Positions 37,151 to 52,100 of a stretch of 64,000 nucleotides of DNA are shown here, piece by piece. Position numbers and translations under genes: made by a program. Each line of letters opens with the position of its first letter. The stretch's first letter is position 1. The stretch is from Yuukianura sp. NJ FZ-2021. Lineage: Eukaryota. The notes beneath the pieces are model-generated. The model made no database searches, was not told where the DNA came from, and was given only the letters and a program-made list of their open reading frames with translations. The stretch spans positions 3,472,001 to 3,536,000 of the forward strand of contig CM102284.1 in NCBI GenBank assembly GCA_046563655.1, written 5' to 3'.

Positions 37151-40100
37151 GAACTTTCAGCATCTGTTCCGTCCAATGCGTTCAAAAACTCTTCAAATGC
37201 TGCTGAACTGTACTGCAAACGGAAATTCGTCGCAGTTTGTTTAATAGGCTTTTGAACCAAGTAATAGAAATTCTAAATCATTTGGAATTTGCAATTTTAA
37301 TTAATGTCGATGTTATTTGAAAAGTTCTTGAAAGAGTTACGACTCAACATTTCCTGACAATTACTGTTGTAAAAGTGTACTTTTGTATTCATACTTTTTG
37401 GTTTTCAGGAACTGTGGTGATGTCAAGGGAGGAGACGCATTATGGGAAATAAATTACGATCCTCTGGTAAAAGCAAGAGAAATTGCCATTAGAGTTTCAA
37501 CACTTGTGTTCATAATTTAACCCAGAACGACTCGTCTCTCGAAGAGGGAAATAAAAATGAGATTTTAAGTTCTTGGTGTTAATTGCCTTCACGTGAGGCC
37601 ATTACCATAAATCTCCGCTTATGTCTCTAGTGGCTCCTATAACTTCCCTTCGAGAGACTAATGGTTCTGTATCTGTCAACTGAGATGGAAGTAAATCTAA
37701 ATAAAAGTTCTCCCCTCATGTCGTTCACTGCCTTCGTCTTCTAATGAATTCCGCACAGTCCGTCCGCCTGCGCCGGAGTTACCAGCAAAGCAAAGTTTAT
37801 TTTGAGCTTCCAAAGCAGAGGCAAGAAGTAATTTTCAGGACATCTGACATGGAATTATTTGCAATAAAACATGAAAGCCCGGATGTCAGCCATAAATTCA
37901 GAGGCCAAGTTAATCTCTGCAGCTCCCAGAAACGCTTTCGCCTTGGCCCGTAAGTAAGTGAATCCCATCTGCCTACACGCGACTTTCTTTTCCTTAAAAC
38001 TTTGCTTGTTGTGAATTCTCGTTAAACTCAAGTAAACAACACTTTAAATTGCGAGGTGTCAATCTTCCCATTTATTCAACATCTTGCCAGGACGAGAGGA
38101 CGCAGACGACAAGACAACCAATGGGATTGGGATTTGACCCGGAAAGTAATCCTGTCTCCTCCAACTTTCTCCAGCTTCAAGACTAGGTTAGAGAAGTTGC
38201 TTGAAGATCCAAAAAGACATGAGTGACCAAAGTACTAAAAAAAATAGTAGCACTCTGGACACGGGAAGCGTGCTTTAAGATTAAACAACTCGACATAGAT
38301 CCCCGGAAAAGATAAATCCTTCCGAAGAAAAAAGAAAATCCGACTTTTCGGTTTTTCCTTTCTATCCGTTTCCTCTAGCTTGTTGGTAATTATTCAGAAG
38401 AAGTAGAGAAAAAAGTTACAAGTGAATATATTTCTCTCATTAATCCTTGCCAGGAAGTGCTCTCCTTCTCAATAAATTCCCATTTGTCGCTGGAGGGACA
38501 CAAGGAAACATTTTCTAAATAACCATTTCTCTTAAGACTTAGCGGCGCACTTCATTTCAAACGCCAACCAGAGACTAGCATTCTATAGTTTTGTTTTTTG
38601 CATTTTTTGGCTAAATGCCGACTTAACCCGCAACGCCTCCTCAAACGTTGCGAAATGAACAGCTTTTTCATCAAAAGTGGTGACAAAAGTGATTGGGTAG
38701 AAAAATAGTCAATTCACACCGTCCTTAAGACTACTGCACTGCTACTGGTTCTTATCAAAAAGTTTTAAAACAAATTTGAAATAATTTATTACTTAGAGAG
38801 GCTCTCCGCCCCCTCGTTTTTCTGAAAACGAATTTCAAATTTTGAAAATTATTTCCATGTTTTTTTCTTTTTAAAGTTACGCTTACACCTCCAGTCCTTG
38901 AGTGCAGTATTTTATGTTAGTAGAATGAGTTCGTGTTGTATTGCTCATAAATTGTACTTTATGACTCGGAGATAAAACAAAAAGGAATAAATTCCCGGGA
39001 TTCATTTTCAGTGTCATATATTCAATCTCTGTCATGGAGGGAGGATTCATAATGATTCCAAACATTGCCATAATCGCTTCTGTATAACCACCACCGCATC
39101 TTCATAAAACCAATAAAAATGAAATACTGGCAGTGTCCCACCGTCCTACAGCCCCACCCACACCCACCACTGCTGCGCTCCAAGTCATTAAAAAAGTATA
39201 TGTACCTAATATATAGTTTTTAGACAGTTTTGAATTCATTGGAGGAACAACTACTTCGCATGTCATCACGCTCGTCCATGGCTGTCACTTTTTAGAAAAT
39301 AAACTTCAACCGAAATTGGACAAGCAAGACACTTTAGCGATTTATGCCTCCAACCTCACTTATTGCGGAGGAGGAGGAGGAGGGTGACCTCCGCATCCTC
39401 CTCCTGTAAGTTTTGCATATTAAAATTTGAACTATGGAGTTGGTCATAAAAGCGTCTCTTATATAGGAGAAAGCATATGGGAAAGTAAAATTATGACCTC
39501 GAAGTTCCTTTCTCCATCTCCGTCTAATGTCGTGTGTCATAAACTGGAGAGTTTATGGAGAAAAGCGTTTTGGATTTGGAGCGCTGAGCGCTAAGAGGCT
39601 AAAGTGCTCCAGGTTTCCTTACTCCAATGCATCTCCTGTGGCCATCAAGTGTTGTTTTTGTAAGCGTCTGTGTGCTGGAAAAGTATCCTATGCCTCCCCT
39701 GGATCTCTCCTTTCATATTACAAGATATTACATTCCATTTACATAACTTCCCGAGTCTCTCCCAAAGTGTGAGTCACAGATCCGCTTTCTACCCGGGCGT
39801 TTTTCTCCTTTGCTGCCCGGGAATAAAGTAGGAGGGAAGGAATATGGGCTGACAGAATGAAGTTACAAGGCGGATCATATTCATAACTCAGAATAAATTC
39901 AAGGCCCAAAGATGACAAGTAGAATTAACTTTATGACTTAAAACTTACCACTACCAAACTTATTTTTTTCTGCAGCCTGATGCAATTTCCCAAGCGAATT
40001 CTATACGACAAGGACAGCATCGCTGGAAATTTTTTCTTGTAAAGAAAGAATAAGGCTTGGGATATCCAATTTCAACGTAATCAATGTGAAGAGGTTCACA

Positions 40101-43043
40101 CAATTCACGTTTTAAAGGATAAAAGATCCGCTTGGAAATTGTTCAAATCCCGTTGCTCCCCGATTCGGTTTTTTTAGGTTTCCGTGTCCGAATCGGGTTT
40201 AAGTTGTGTATCGGTTGGTGACGCGGTTTGGCGTTCCTGAGAACAGAACCGAACGTAACTGTTAATTAGACTAGTCTTTTGGTTGTTTTTGAATGGAGCA
40301 GGAAGATTTGAAAGATGCGATCTGATTTAGCACCTTCCGTTGTTCTGGAAGTGTTTGGAGCCTTTGTTAAAAAGGTCATCTTACATGGTAGAGTGTAAGG
40401 AGCCCTTTGGAAAGGCATGCAGAACCATTAGAGTAAATTTACGAGGGTCCCCTCCCATTCAACTCTGTCATGTCAACTCCATGTTCAACCTTCTTCCTTT
40501 GTGTCAACCGTAATAAATTTCCAAGACGGAGGCAGGTCAAAGGGCATCTTCTCCAACCGAGAGCTCAATTCTTAATTGTACACATCTCTCTGATCTTTTG
40601 TTCACATCTGACACTAGGAATTATTTGAAAACGCAACCTAACATTGGAAAAAGAAGTCAAGATCCTAGTTAACAAGGGCTCTTCTCTGGCTACTTCATTT
40701 CCAAACGTGTCAAGTCTGTTTTTTTCCACCACTTCCAACAGCCAAAATTTCTACACCAATTTTTATTTTCAACTTTTAAAAGATTGAGAAGCTCAAATCA
40801 AACTGCAAAATGCAGATTACGCCGCAGTTGATCTTACGATAAATTTTTTCCGGAATTGCAATTAGTAAAAAAATTCTCCTGAAATTTCAGCTTGAAAGTT
40901 CAGTTTGATGTCAATATTTGTCCTCTTTTGTAAGGTTTTCGCTTTTCCAATATTTTTTGTTGTTGATTTTCGTGAGACTGTGGTCCAAGGTCAGTAAACT
41001 GTTGAATAAGGAGGTCACTGCTTAATTTCCAAAACCACATACTCCGTACCCTAGAATTTAGAATTTAGAAAAGTCCAAGGAACAAGAGTTCGCATGTGTT
41101 AAATTCATTGGAAAAGTACAAGTGCGAGGCAATGATTCCAATTTCTGGAAATGATATGTTATTAAACCTTGGCTTTAAGTTCTCTCCTCCGGATTTGTTG
41201 CATGTCTCCTCCACTCCTTCGTGTAAAAGTCCGAAGTGACCCTGGCAGTCCTTGTGGACTTTTTGTTTTGTTGGGCCAAATAATACGGGTGAATAATAAA
41301 ACTCCTCCTTAGTTACGTTGGTTTGTACCCCCTCTTTAAGTCCCCCCTGTAATGAACCAACTATTTATTTATTATGATTATTACAGTTGGACTGTTGGAG
41401 TTACACAGCCCATCTAATTCCTCTCCCAAGGAATAACCACCTTCCTTCCTTCCTTTGTAATTTTACGGGTGGGGACTGTAATCAGAAGGCTCCGCTTCGC
41501 CGGTCCAATGGAACTTCAAGCGATTCTCTTTTCAAATAATGTCCTTGTTCCCACCACTGCCACCTCCAGCGCTTAAGGGCTCCAGTTCCAAACAGCAGCA
41601 TTTTAGGAAAGAAACAACCCTGCCATGACCAATGCTTCCGCAATGGGCGATGACCAAGTTTGCTTTATCGCACTCAAACACTCTATTTTCCTCCAATCCA
41701 ATAGTTACTCCCGCTAACATTTTCTTTTGTCTATAAAACTTTTCTCGAATGCTTGTTTGTGACTGGTGAAAGCAAAAATATAGTCAGGTTTTTGAGAATT
41801 TTAGATGAAAGTTTGGACAAAACAAAAACCAACCTGAGAAAAAAAACTTTACACGTTTGTCCGTTTTCGCTACTTGAGTGTGTGCGATTTAGTTGAAAAG
41901 TTGATACAACAAAATTTTGTTGAACATTTTTTTGTCAAAAATCTCCGTTTTTTATAAGTTGTGCGTCGTTTTAAATTTTGAGTTGCGATTGGGCATCCAG
42001 AGCAGTAAATTTTCCCAAATAAAAATTTGAGCGTCGTGAAAGTCAAATTTTGACGAAAAAAAAACTTCAAAGAAAAAAAGTTTAGTCACCACCACCGTCA
42101 CCGCAATTATAATTTGGAATGAATTTATTGCTCAACCTGTACCTGACCAGTTACCATGAATATTATAATAGCCCCAATTGTATGACCATTGTACCTAGTG
42201 ATGGTTACGATTCGAAGTATAACCTTAGGATGGTTACTAGTATCGAAAAAACTATTTTATAGTCCTGATCCTCTACCAGATATTTATTATGGATCATTCC
42301 ACTTTACAACTTTGAGAGGAGTTGATTCCTTCCCCTCCTCCATTAGGAGTCGTATCATCGCCTCTAATAAAATGTTTAATTGGAATAATATAATTTATGT
42401 CCTGGTTCTATAAAGTCAAATAATGGGAAAAGGCTGGAAATTTATTTCTCTTGGAGTCGTAAAGTTCCCCGGACTTATCGCCCACCAAATTTTGTTGCAG
42501 CTCCAATATACACTACACAACGACATGTCAAAAGGACTGTGACACACTGTGCAATAAACATCAAAATTCAACTTTATTTGTGCATATTTTGAAAATTAAG
42601 CGTCAGTCATGCTTGAAGGAAAAAAGAACGATGGAAGTGCGATCTTGAGACAGATAGACAGGCGAGAGAGGAAGAACGCTCAAGTCTTGATGGATGACTT
42701 GTAATTCTCCCCAGTTTTCTAAAACAGCAGCGCTAATCCTTCTAGCGGCGCTTGAGCTTAAGCTAAAGCCAGCGCTTGCAGCGCTGAGATGCAAAAGGAA
42801 AGGGGAGGGTCCTGACGTGACATGGTTGTGCAAATAACAACGTTCCTGACAATTGAAGTTGTTCGGCCTCTTCCTGACGCTTCTGCATTTTCATTTATTA
42901 CAAAGCACTTATGAGAAAAACCCAAGGAGCCAGGATGTTGTGGCGTTTGGGAACAGTCCCACTCCCAACCGCCAAGGATAGAGGTGTAGGAATTGGACAG
43001 TGCCTTTGATGGTAGCCTTCCTACTCTATCCTGTGCAAGTTGT

Positions 43044-43125
43044 GGCCTGGTAGCATAAGGGCAGTGCAGTCTCCCCGGATTGGAGAAAGACGTGGGTTCG
43101 AATCCCACTCGGTCACTTATTTTTT
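43044..43125 (+). other. tRNA-derived element (pseudo-tRNA or SINE head) followed by a T run
   Basis: A-box-like TAGCATAAGGG, D stem GCA/TGC, anticodon stem TCTCC/GGAGA with non-canonical loop CCGGATT, perfect T arm GTGGG-TTCGAAT-CCCAC, imperfect acceptor stem, then TTATTTTTT. Confidence 0.7.
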
Positions 43126-46100
43126 CTGCACTATCATCCTTTGTCTCTCAAGCTATGTGAGCCCTGAATCTCACAATGTTTCACTGGTTTTGTTAAGGAA
43201 CAGCTACACACCAAATTGATTAAAAATTCTGTACACGAAATAGTAGTCCAAAAGTCGGTTTTCTTATAGAAGTGATTAATTCATCTGAGCAACTAAACTG
43301 CTATGTACATTATACTTTAGCGGATTTTTAATTTTTGGGAATTTTTTTTAAATTGGACAGCAGAGGAATATAGACAATACAATAGCGTGTTTGTGAGAGA
43401 TGGAAAACATGACTCTGTTGTATTAATTTCTACTTTTCATTCTACCAATTTCTGTTTGGGCTGTCAAAGAGGCATCAGACGCTGGACGTAACTGTTTATT
43501 AACATGAAGTTTCAAAAGTCTTCAAATGTCATGCAATATCCAACTTTTTAGTACATAGCAGTGGTCACTGACTTTTAATAAGAAAGACTTGTTCTTTTGC
43601 TACTGTTTACAGTCATTAAATCCCTGTTGATCCGAATATTTTTACACAACCTGTCTATTAAAATTAGAATTCAGAAGTGAAAATTAATGGTAAAACTGCA
43701 TTGCAGGAAATCTTGATCCGAATTTTAAATAAGTTGGGTAGTTTCACGCTTAGCTCTACGTTTGTTAGAATTTAGTTTGGATGCTTTAGAGTGTAGTTAG
43801 ATTAGTTTTTTGTCAAGTTGTGTTTTGGAAATTTGAAGTTGATGAAGAAAGAAGTTTCCTCTTAATATTTGTTGATGAGTTAACAGTAATAGTGATAGGT
43901 TGTATTCGAAATAACATTTTCCATTGTACATTGTAGTGTTTAGTCTGCCTACCTGTCAGTCCGCTGTCTGCTTACTTAGGGGGATGTTAACCCCAGCGTC
44001 CATTGTGTTTGTACGTTAGGGAAGATGACAGGAACAAGTGTGTGGATATTTGTGAATAATGGATGGTGATGGGTTTTCCATTGTTGTCTTCCTTCAAGTG
44101 GATGAATGGATAATGCATTGTTGATTCTAATGATCATTGTTCCATTCCGCCACAAACCTAGCAATCAAAAGAACAAGCTTTCACTAAGGACGGTTTCCAT
44201 CTGGGTGGCAGAAGTGGCAGGAAGAGCCATAAGCTACTGACTTCACAGTGAATTATGTCATTTTCAATTATAATTTGCAAAAATTTGGAAAAAGAAAGCG
44301 AAAAAGTAAAGAATTATGTAAGATTTTTCAGTTAAACTTTCTCTTCTAGCGAGGGAAGGACGCTTTTCTTTTTCAATTTTTTTGCTTTGCTGCTTTAAGC
44401 AAAGAGTGATCGAACGTTGTTTTAATCGTGCCTAAACAAACCATTTTGAATTGGTTGGATGACGCATCTTTTGTTCTAAGCAGGAAGCAGTTTTCTCCGA
44501 GGTGGTCCACTGGTGGTGGTGGCTTTTGAAGATGAAGTGGACCCCAGGCCAAGGGAGCCCTCATATCTCCGACCTCCGCTAAATCCCAAAATTCATCACG
44601 TCCAGGAGGAAGGACTGCCCGGGTTTCCTTTGAGGTGGACCCCTGCAGAGCCCCCTTCAAGTACCCTGTCCACCCCCTGCTGCCTCCAAGATGAGATCTT
44701 GGCTCCACCCAAGGAGTCACTTCATCATCAGCAGGAATCAGCGTCTCCTTGACAAGCTGCCACACGGACTGTTCCTTCATCAACATCCAGCGTCTTTCCT
44801 CCTGCTCAAGAAACAAGGAGCAGCGATTCAGCGAAAAGTGGAGCCGAGGAAAGGAAAGTGAAAGGCTGGATGACGGATCCTTTCAGCACCGCCACCATGA
44901 GGCAGTTCGTAGTTGCCGGAGTCACCAAAGAAGACTGGAGTCACTTCAACAAAAGAAGATTTGCATGTCGTTTTCACCAGCTTGATCAAGTGACAGCTGT
45001 CTCCTGCACGCCTTTCTATACGCCCTGACATGACAGCCTTCAGCTCAGCCCAACAGCGCCCGGATCCCTTTCAGTCCTTGGAACCAATTCAAATCAGTCC
45101 AAAATAGCTTCAGCCAATGCAATTCCCGTCTCCTAGCAATTATCACACATCTCACACCATTTACTCTATTCAATCCAGAAAAATAATTGAACCGGGAATA
45201 AAAAAGAAAGGTTTTGCAGAAAATTTCGACGATTTGTCACGCAAATTTTTGCAATAAAAATAGCAACCCGCTACACAGGATTTTTTTCCCTGAAAATTCT
45301 AAGAAAAAATTTGTATAAAGATTTTTTTTTATTACAAAGAAAAATTACAACATTCTGGCAACTTTTTGATCGTAAAGCGTGCAAATTCAAAAATTTAGCA
45401 AGATGTAGCGGTGTAGTCATTGCATGCATATTACACATTTTTTTTTCACTGCAAGCACGTTCTCAGCAGCGTCGATTCTGTTTTTTGTGTTTGTACTTGT
45501 CATTTGTATGGCATTTGCAGCAATTTTTTTTAGAATACAACAAAAAATTTAAAGTCCTGAAAAAGTCCTGATTAACGATACAGCTAAAATTTAATTTTTT
45601 AAGGAAGAGTATTAGATTCCAAGTATGTACAATATTTCTGAACAGTCTGCTTGTCTGCTCCACAGTAAAAATGTCAAAGTATCTAGTTTCCTCATCTCTA
45701 AAAGTTGATCTCTCTCTGGTGATAAAAATCATTCTAAAGTCATTTCAGTCCTTATGTTTCACAGTACTAAAAAAAAAGTTTTGAAAAAGAATACGAGAGC
45801 AGGAGAGAGTGACAAGCAGATGGAGGTTGATTATGAGATGACACAATGGTCATGACCTCTGTTCTCGTCCATCCATCCTGGTCACTGTTCTTTGTCTTCA
45901 ACACTTGGGGTCACATGCTGAATCCCCAATGTCAGACTGAATTTCAACCTAACATTAATTTCCCTTGCAGAGATACTCTCATCTTCACACGTTTAATCTG
46001 ATCTCTTCTTATTTATATCTTACCCCTCTCCCATCATTTATCCCTCTCTGCTCCACTGACACATCTTCCGTCTCTGACACATCGCAGCATCTCACCAAAA

Positions 46101-49100
46101 TCTAAACGACTTCCCCCTGCCCCCCTCCAGACCTGCCAATCACCCGGGCTTCCAATTTATTCATGTCATGTCACTCGAGCAGTCTCTTGGACAATTCGAT
46201 AAGTCTGGATTCAATTGAGGCTTTAGGCAGAACAGAGGATGATGGAGGGGGAAGTCATCACTTTTTGAATAAGAAATCCCATTGTTTTCCAATATTCAAG
46301 AAACGTCGTTTTCCATTGACACACGGCGTCACTTTCGTTTCCACTCTCCGTAATCTCGTCATGTCACTCTTCAATTCAATACTCACGTCTTCCCCATTTC
46401 AGATTTGAAGTTGCTGCTTTGTGATCCGAAGTTTCTCAAACTCCGAAAAACTTACCAAACCTAAACGAAAAACTTGAGAGTCTGACTTTTGGGAGAAATT
46501 TTTCCTTTCTTTGGAGAAAGGTAAGGGAAGGACTTTGTTGAGCGTTTCGTGAATTCAGAAAATGTTTGAAAGTGTGGAGTTGGCATATGAAATTGTTGTT
46601 AATTGAAATGAAATATTGGTGGGTTCCCTCGGGTGGATTGTGGCTGTCACTCCGACATCAGATGGAGGGAGTAACTAAAAAGCTTCGGTTTTTTGGAAGG
46701 GGGAACTTTTTGGATTGACAGGAGGAAGGTGGAGGTGTATTCACGTCAATTACGAAGTTCCCATTATGTTCGGCTTTTCTCGTCTCAAGCCCCCCCTCCC
46801 CCCTGCTGCTTTCCCGCATTCCCATCAGCCTCATCAAGTAACCACTCCAATTCCCCATTGTTACCCTGATTACTATTATTTCCCCGTCATCTTTTGTCCA
46901 GCCTCAACTTCAAACACTATTTCAAAACAAATTCAGAGTTTCAACTTCCATTGTCTCCGTGCATACAACGTTCTGAGACTGTCTCCGTATTACGCAAACA
47001 CAAAACTACCCATCATGCACTGCATAATTTTAATATCGGCGGTTGCGTAAAATTGTTTATCACACTTTGCGAATTTTGATCTTTTACACCGACACTTTCA
47101 CTGCATCTCTAAACACACAAAATGATGTTTGGCGCCTATTTCAAACAGCAATAGAACATTTTGTTTTTTTTTTTTCTGGTAGAAGGCTTTTTCGAAACAT
47201 TTTTTTGAAAGTTAGAATTTGTTGAATTTAGTTTTAGTTTGGTTGGATTTGAGTGGACTAGTGGCGGTAGTAGTGTGACAGGACAGTTAGAATTTGATTG
47301 GATGCAGGCAGTGCTTAGGTTTGGACTGACAGGACAGCGACAAGTCGGATACTTAGGGGAACAATGCGTCGCTGTGTACTTTCTGCGTGTCGCTCTGCCT
47401 GTCTTGTCTCCACCTGTCCTTTGTCTGTCACCCTGTCAATTCCCCATTTTACTCATTCTGTCATGTTCATCTTTTATTTAGACGGAGACTTAAGGGCTCC
47501 CCTGTCCAAAGCAACGCTCAAAGAAAAGGCTTTTGAGGAAGAAAGCGAATAGGATCCGCACTTCACTTCCTTCCACCGAGTCCAATTCAATTCTCCAGCA
47601 GTCAGTCCCCATCACTTTCACAAAAGAAATCTTCTGGAACAACCAGCATGTCATTACGCCAACAAGTCTCTCCTTCACGCCTTGGCTCCAAAGTCTTTAC
47701 CCCAAACGTCCAAAAAACCCGCCGTCGTACTTAAATTTTCGCTTCGACGACTCCAACAACCTTCTTAATTGACCAACCTTCTTCCGAAGCAGTCAATTAC
47801 CAAATTGATGGTTCTCAATTTCAAATTGAAAGTCACGAGCTCAGAGGTCACATTTTCAAAAGGTCATTCGTGTCAAATCAATTCAGAAGATGCATCAGGG
47901 CAGCAGTGAGGCGGCATTGTGCAGCCATAATGGGCGGGCTTTATGATTTTAAAGTGAAATCTTAGGCATGGCGTCACTTTTTTAAATTGTGGCGCTGATT
48001 ATGGGGGATGTTTTTTATTTTAAAATTAAAAGAGATCAAAGTTGAGGTTTTTGAAGGGGCTGTTTTAAAATTCGGTTAATTTAAACGTATATACTTAATT
48101 GGTAAGTGCGTTCGGCTAGTGGCACTCATGCAACCTGAACAGACCTAACTGGAGCCAACGTTTTACGAAATCTGTTCCACTTCAACTGGATTAGTACAGT
48201 GTTCAACACAAGTTGTGAAATTACTATCGTTTTGGTATTGAAAAAGTATAGCCCCCTGCGCACAAGGTTCAATTACAGGGATTACAGGGTTTAGTTTTCG
48301 AATTTGAAAAAAATCGAAATCTGGAACATCCTGTGTATATAATTTCATTGTTACAATTTTTTCTCCTCTATCTTCAAAAATGGGGTAAAAACGGCCATTT
48401 CTCACTCCTTTTCATCAGAATCCTCCCAAATAAGTATAGTCATCATTTTTAAACAGAACTTTAACCTTTGATTTTGAATTTTTTTTCGGATTATGAAACG
48501 ATTTTGTAAAAACAGTCATTATCAAAATAATTGAAACTTTTAAGAAACTCTGTACTTTCCAAGAGGTTTTCAAAACTAAAAAAATCTGGCTGAATTTTTT
48601 TTTCTTTTTAGTCTTCCATGTCATTTCTCTTGTAAATTACTCGAACGCCTGGTGACAATGTCGTAAATCTTGGTGGAGACTGGCGACATATGAGTGGTGA
48701 TATTTCAAAGTGAAGATGATTGGTGTAAAAATGGCGCCGCCACACGCGATGACGCTTTTGAAATTTTAAATCTTATAAGAATGGACTTGGTGTTTTGGGT
48801 TACGAAAAGCATCTCTCCTTTCATCTGTAGATTGGACATATCCAGTTTCCCATTTTCAACAATGGATTTGACCTCTCATCTGCCTTTTGTCACTCTCGAG
48901 GTGTCAAGTTACCTTAGGGGGGTCGCCTGCTCTTAAATATGTCAGGGGTGAGGACTTGACAGGGTCCATGTCACTCATGCACTCTTTTCAACATTGCGTA
49001 TGCATGGTTAAAATTTTTCAAATTCATTTAAAATATTCACCTCTTTTGTCAACTCTGTCAGTCCTCGGACACATTTTAAGTTCGAATTAAAGTTGAGCGC

Positions 49101-52100
49101 TTGGCTGACTAATCGTTTAAACAGTTAGACTGAAGTTAGAAATTCCTAACAAATGTTGTACACATTTGTTTTGTTATTTTCATTAGAGAAGAAAAAAATT
49201 GAATAAGGTTTTGAATTGAAGATTTGTATAACTGTATGAAGATGAAAAGACACAGAAATTTTTTTGCTAACTGTCTGCGGATGAAAAAGCTAAGAATTTC
49301 TGTTTGAAAATTGAAGTGACATGAAAATTTAGTTTGTAGTTTGTGCAGTTCCAGTTCCGTGGGTCCTTAAAAGTTTGTGGATTGAGTGATGGTTGGTGAT
49401 GGGATGTTGAACTGTGCCGAGGATGTTAATGGTTGTGGGTTGTGTACGTTGTATGTGCTGTTCTGTCGTGGTGTTTCGTTTCATTTCCCCTTACAGTGGA
49501 TGAGGGGCTTTTTATTGTGACAGAAGGTAATAAAGTGTAGGATGTTGATGGGCCAAGTTGAACATGTTCTCGCATCTCGCTCTCTCGGGCTAAGAAGATG
49601 GAAGATCGTCCTGAAGATGAAGGGAAGAAGATGCCGACGGAAAAGTAGAAATAAAGTTTGTCGACCTCATCGATGACCTCATAAAGATAAGCATTTATTT
49701 CCCACTAAATAACCCATTGACTCCCACTCCGCTCCACCCCAATCATGTGTCACAACCACAACTTTTACTATAAGTACTTTCTCCCCATGAGATAAAGTTA
49801 TCCGCTCGATACTTTCACTGCTGTTATTCATTCATTTTTTTCAAAAATATCCTAGACCCCAGTTTTCAAATAAAAAAATTTCGAATTTTGTGCAGCTACT
49901 GCAAACCGTATTCAATTTTTCAAGTTAAACGCAAGCTTAATTTTCTGAGTCGAGTAGGTACTGTGGCAAGTTTGTTTGATTTGACATGTTGAATAAAAGT
50001 AAAACCGAATTTGGCTATCGCGTAACATGTCAACAGCAAAATGGACAAAATGCGAATAAAATCCATCGATAGGAGCACGTGACGTTAGTTTCGTAAGATT
50101 TTGAGTGTTGGTAGAAGAAATTGCAAATTTCCATTCACCCAAAACATAACCCCCTTCCTTGTGGCGTAATATGTGGGTTGTTTGTTGTAGAATTTCCAAT
50201 TTGAAAGAATACTTAACTTGGGTGGTTGATGACTCATGGGTCGCTGAGGTGTCCCGGGGGGAAGATTTGTTACGTGGAAGGGACATGTGCTGTCAGGAGT
50301 GACAGGGAGCCCTGGGCATCGGTTCCATTTGTTGCATTTTGATGGGATTGGGCATTAGGCAGTACTGGCTCTGCACTTCGGAAGGGATTGGGTAGTCTTA
50401 AGGCTGGCTGAGAGATAGGGTGCCAAGGGGCCCTTAATCCCCTTGATTTGAAAGAGAAGCCGAAATTTATGATACTTCAGATAGAAGAAGATGAATGGAT
50501 CTCAGGATGCTTTTATTTATTCATCAACTTCACCCAAATCAGAGATGCTCTTCAGCTTCCATTTCTAAGATTCAGCGCAGCTTCCAGTGCTGTCCGGGAA
50601 GTCCTTGCCACAATGTCCTCATTAGCATCAACTTGACATGCGTGACACCGCTGACCTCTCGTCCTGACCGCAGAGCTGTCAAGACAAGCCGCCAAATGAC
50701 CACAGCTGTCAACTTTGTCAAAATTTTCAAAAAAAAATCCGAAATTGAAAAATTCTTTTGGTGAAGTTAAATTCCGTTTGCACTATTACATTTGAGAGGT
50801 CTTGCGTTTTTTTTAAAGATTGTTATATTCTTCATTGGACTACATTTTATTAACTGCGTTATATGGATTGATTCACTTGAGAGTTGATTTGTGTGCTTAC
50901 GTGAGTACTTGAAGGGTCCCCTATAGATGCCTTGAAGTGTGGGACTGAAATAAAGTATCTCTTTGGGTACTTTGTCTTTGGTGTATTTTGAATGATGAAG
51001 TGGGTGGGTTGTGGTGGTGGTAGTGCTGACTTTGGTGGGTCTGTTCCTTTGTGGTGGTGGGGCCAAAGTGCGTCGAATCACGACATTGTGCCATGAATCA
51101 AAGGGCTAATTGCCATTATTCTGTCCAGCTAAAGCCCATTAATAACACCCTCCCTCCGCCAGTCTTAAATCTTTGCACGAACAAGGATCATCTCACACAA
51201 ATTCAATTCCGCATCTCCTCCCATGCGATGGTTCTCCCTCCATACGTCTTCCAATTTCCCCACAATATGACACCGCTCCAGAATTATGGCAAATTTACAT
51301 TTTTCCTATTTTAGAATTTTTTGTTTCCGAAGTATCCATCACTTTTGACAGTTTTAGTCGAAAAGTTTCTTTAAAAAAAGTTCGAAACAAAAAACCAAGG
51401 AGAAGCAGTATGTGGATCGAAAACGATGCATCACCTACGATAAAAATTATACCCATTATTTAAAAAAATGTGCGAAGCGCAAAGATCGTTAGTTCAAAAA
51501 AGATTCAAAAACCGATTGTTTTTAATCCCACATTTCTAAAATAAAAGCAGTTTCTACATGTAAAAGAAAAATAGATTTGCTCCGAGCAGAGAAATTCCTA
51601 AAATTCAGAATTTCGTATTTTTTTCAAAATTGTCAAATCTCGGATTTCGTTAAATCAGATTTGAGATTAAACAACTACAAAACAGAAATTGTGTCCAAAT
51701 TTAAAAATTTCAAAACCCAATCCGAAAAAAAATTGAAAAACGGGAGACATATTAGCAAGTTTCGGTTGAGTTGGTTTCCCGGCTGGTGTCGTATGATGTG
51801 ATCGTAGCGACGAGTTGTTCGGAACGAGTAGACCGGAACCAAGTGCCAGAGTGATAAGTAATAATTTCGGACATTCTTCTTCGTCAAGGGCCTTTCAGAC
51901 AACAGCAGAACCCCTCATAAATACATGTCAAAGGAAAGGGAAGACAGGCCTGACAGCTCCCATTCTTCCATCCATCACTCTCACCTTTTCTTATCCACGC
52001 TAATGGCCCCCTTTCTACGACAATTTCAATGACGCAGACGAACATGACACGAACACAACCACATCAATCCAAAGAACTCAATCATCATCACAAATTGTCC

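Noticed and set aside
43044-43115. Functional tRNA-Ser(GGA)
   Set aside because: No U33, no purine at position 37, no long variable arm and a bulged acceptor stem; treated as tRNA-derived instead.
43620-43642. TCCCTGTTGATCCGAATATT resembles mature miR-10
   Set aside because: Several mismatches and no complementary star arm nearby to form a precursor hairpin.
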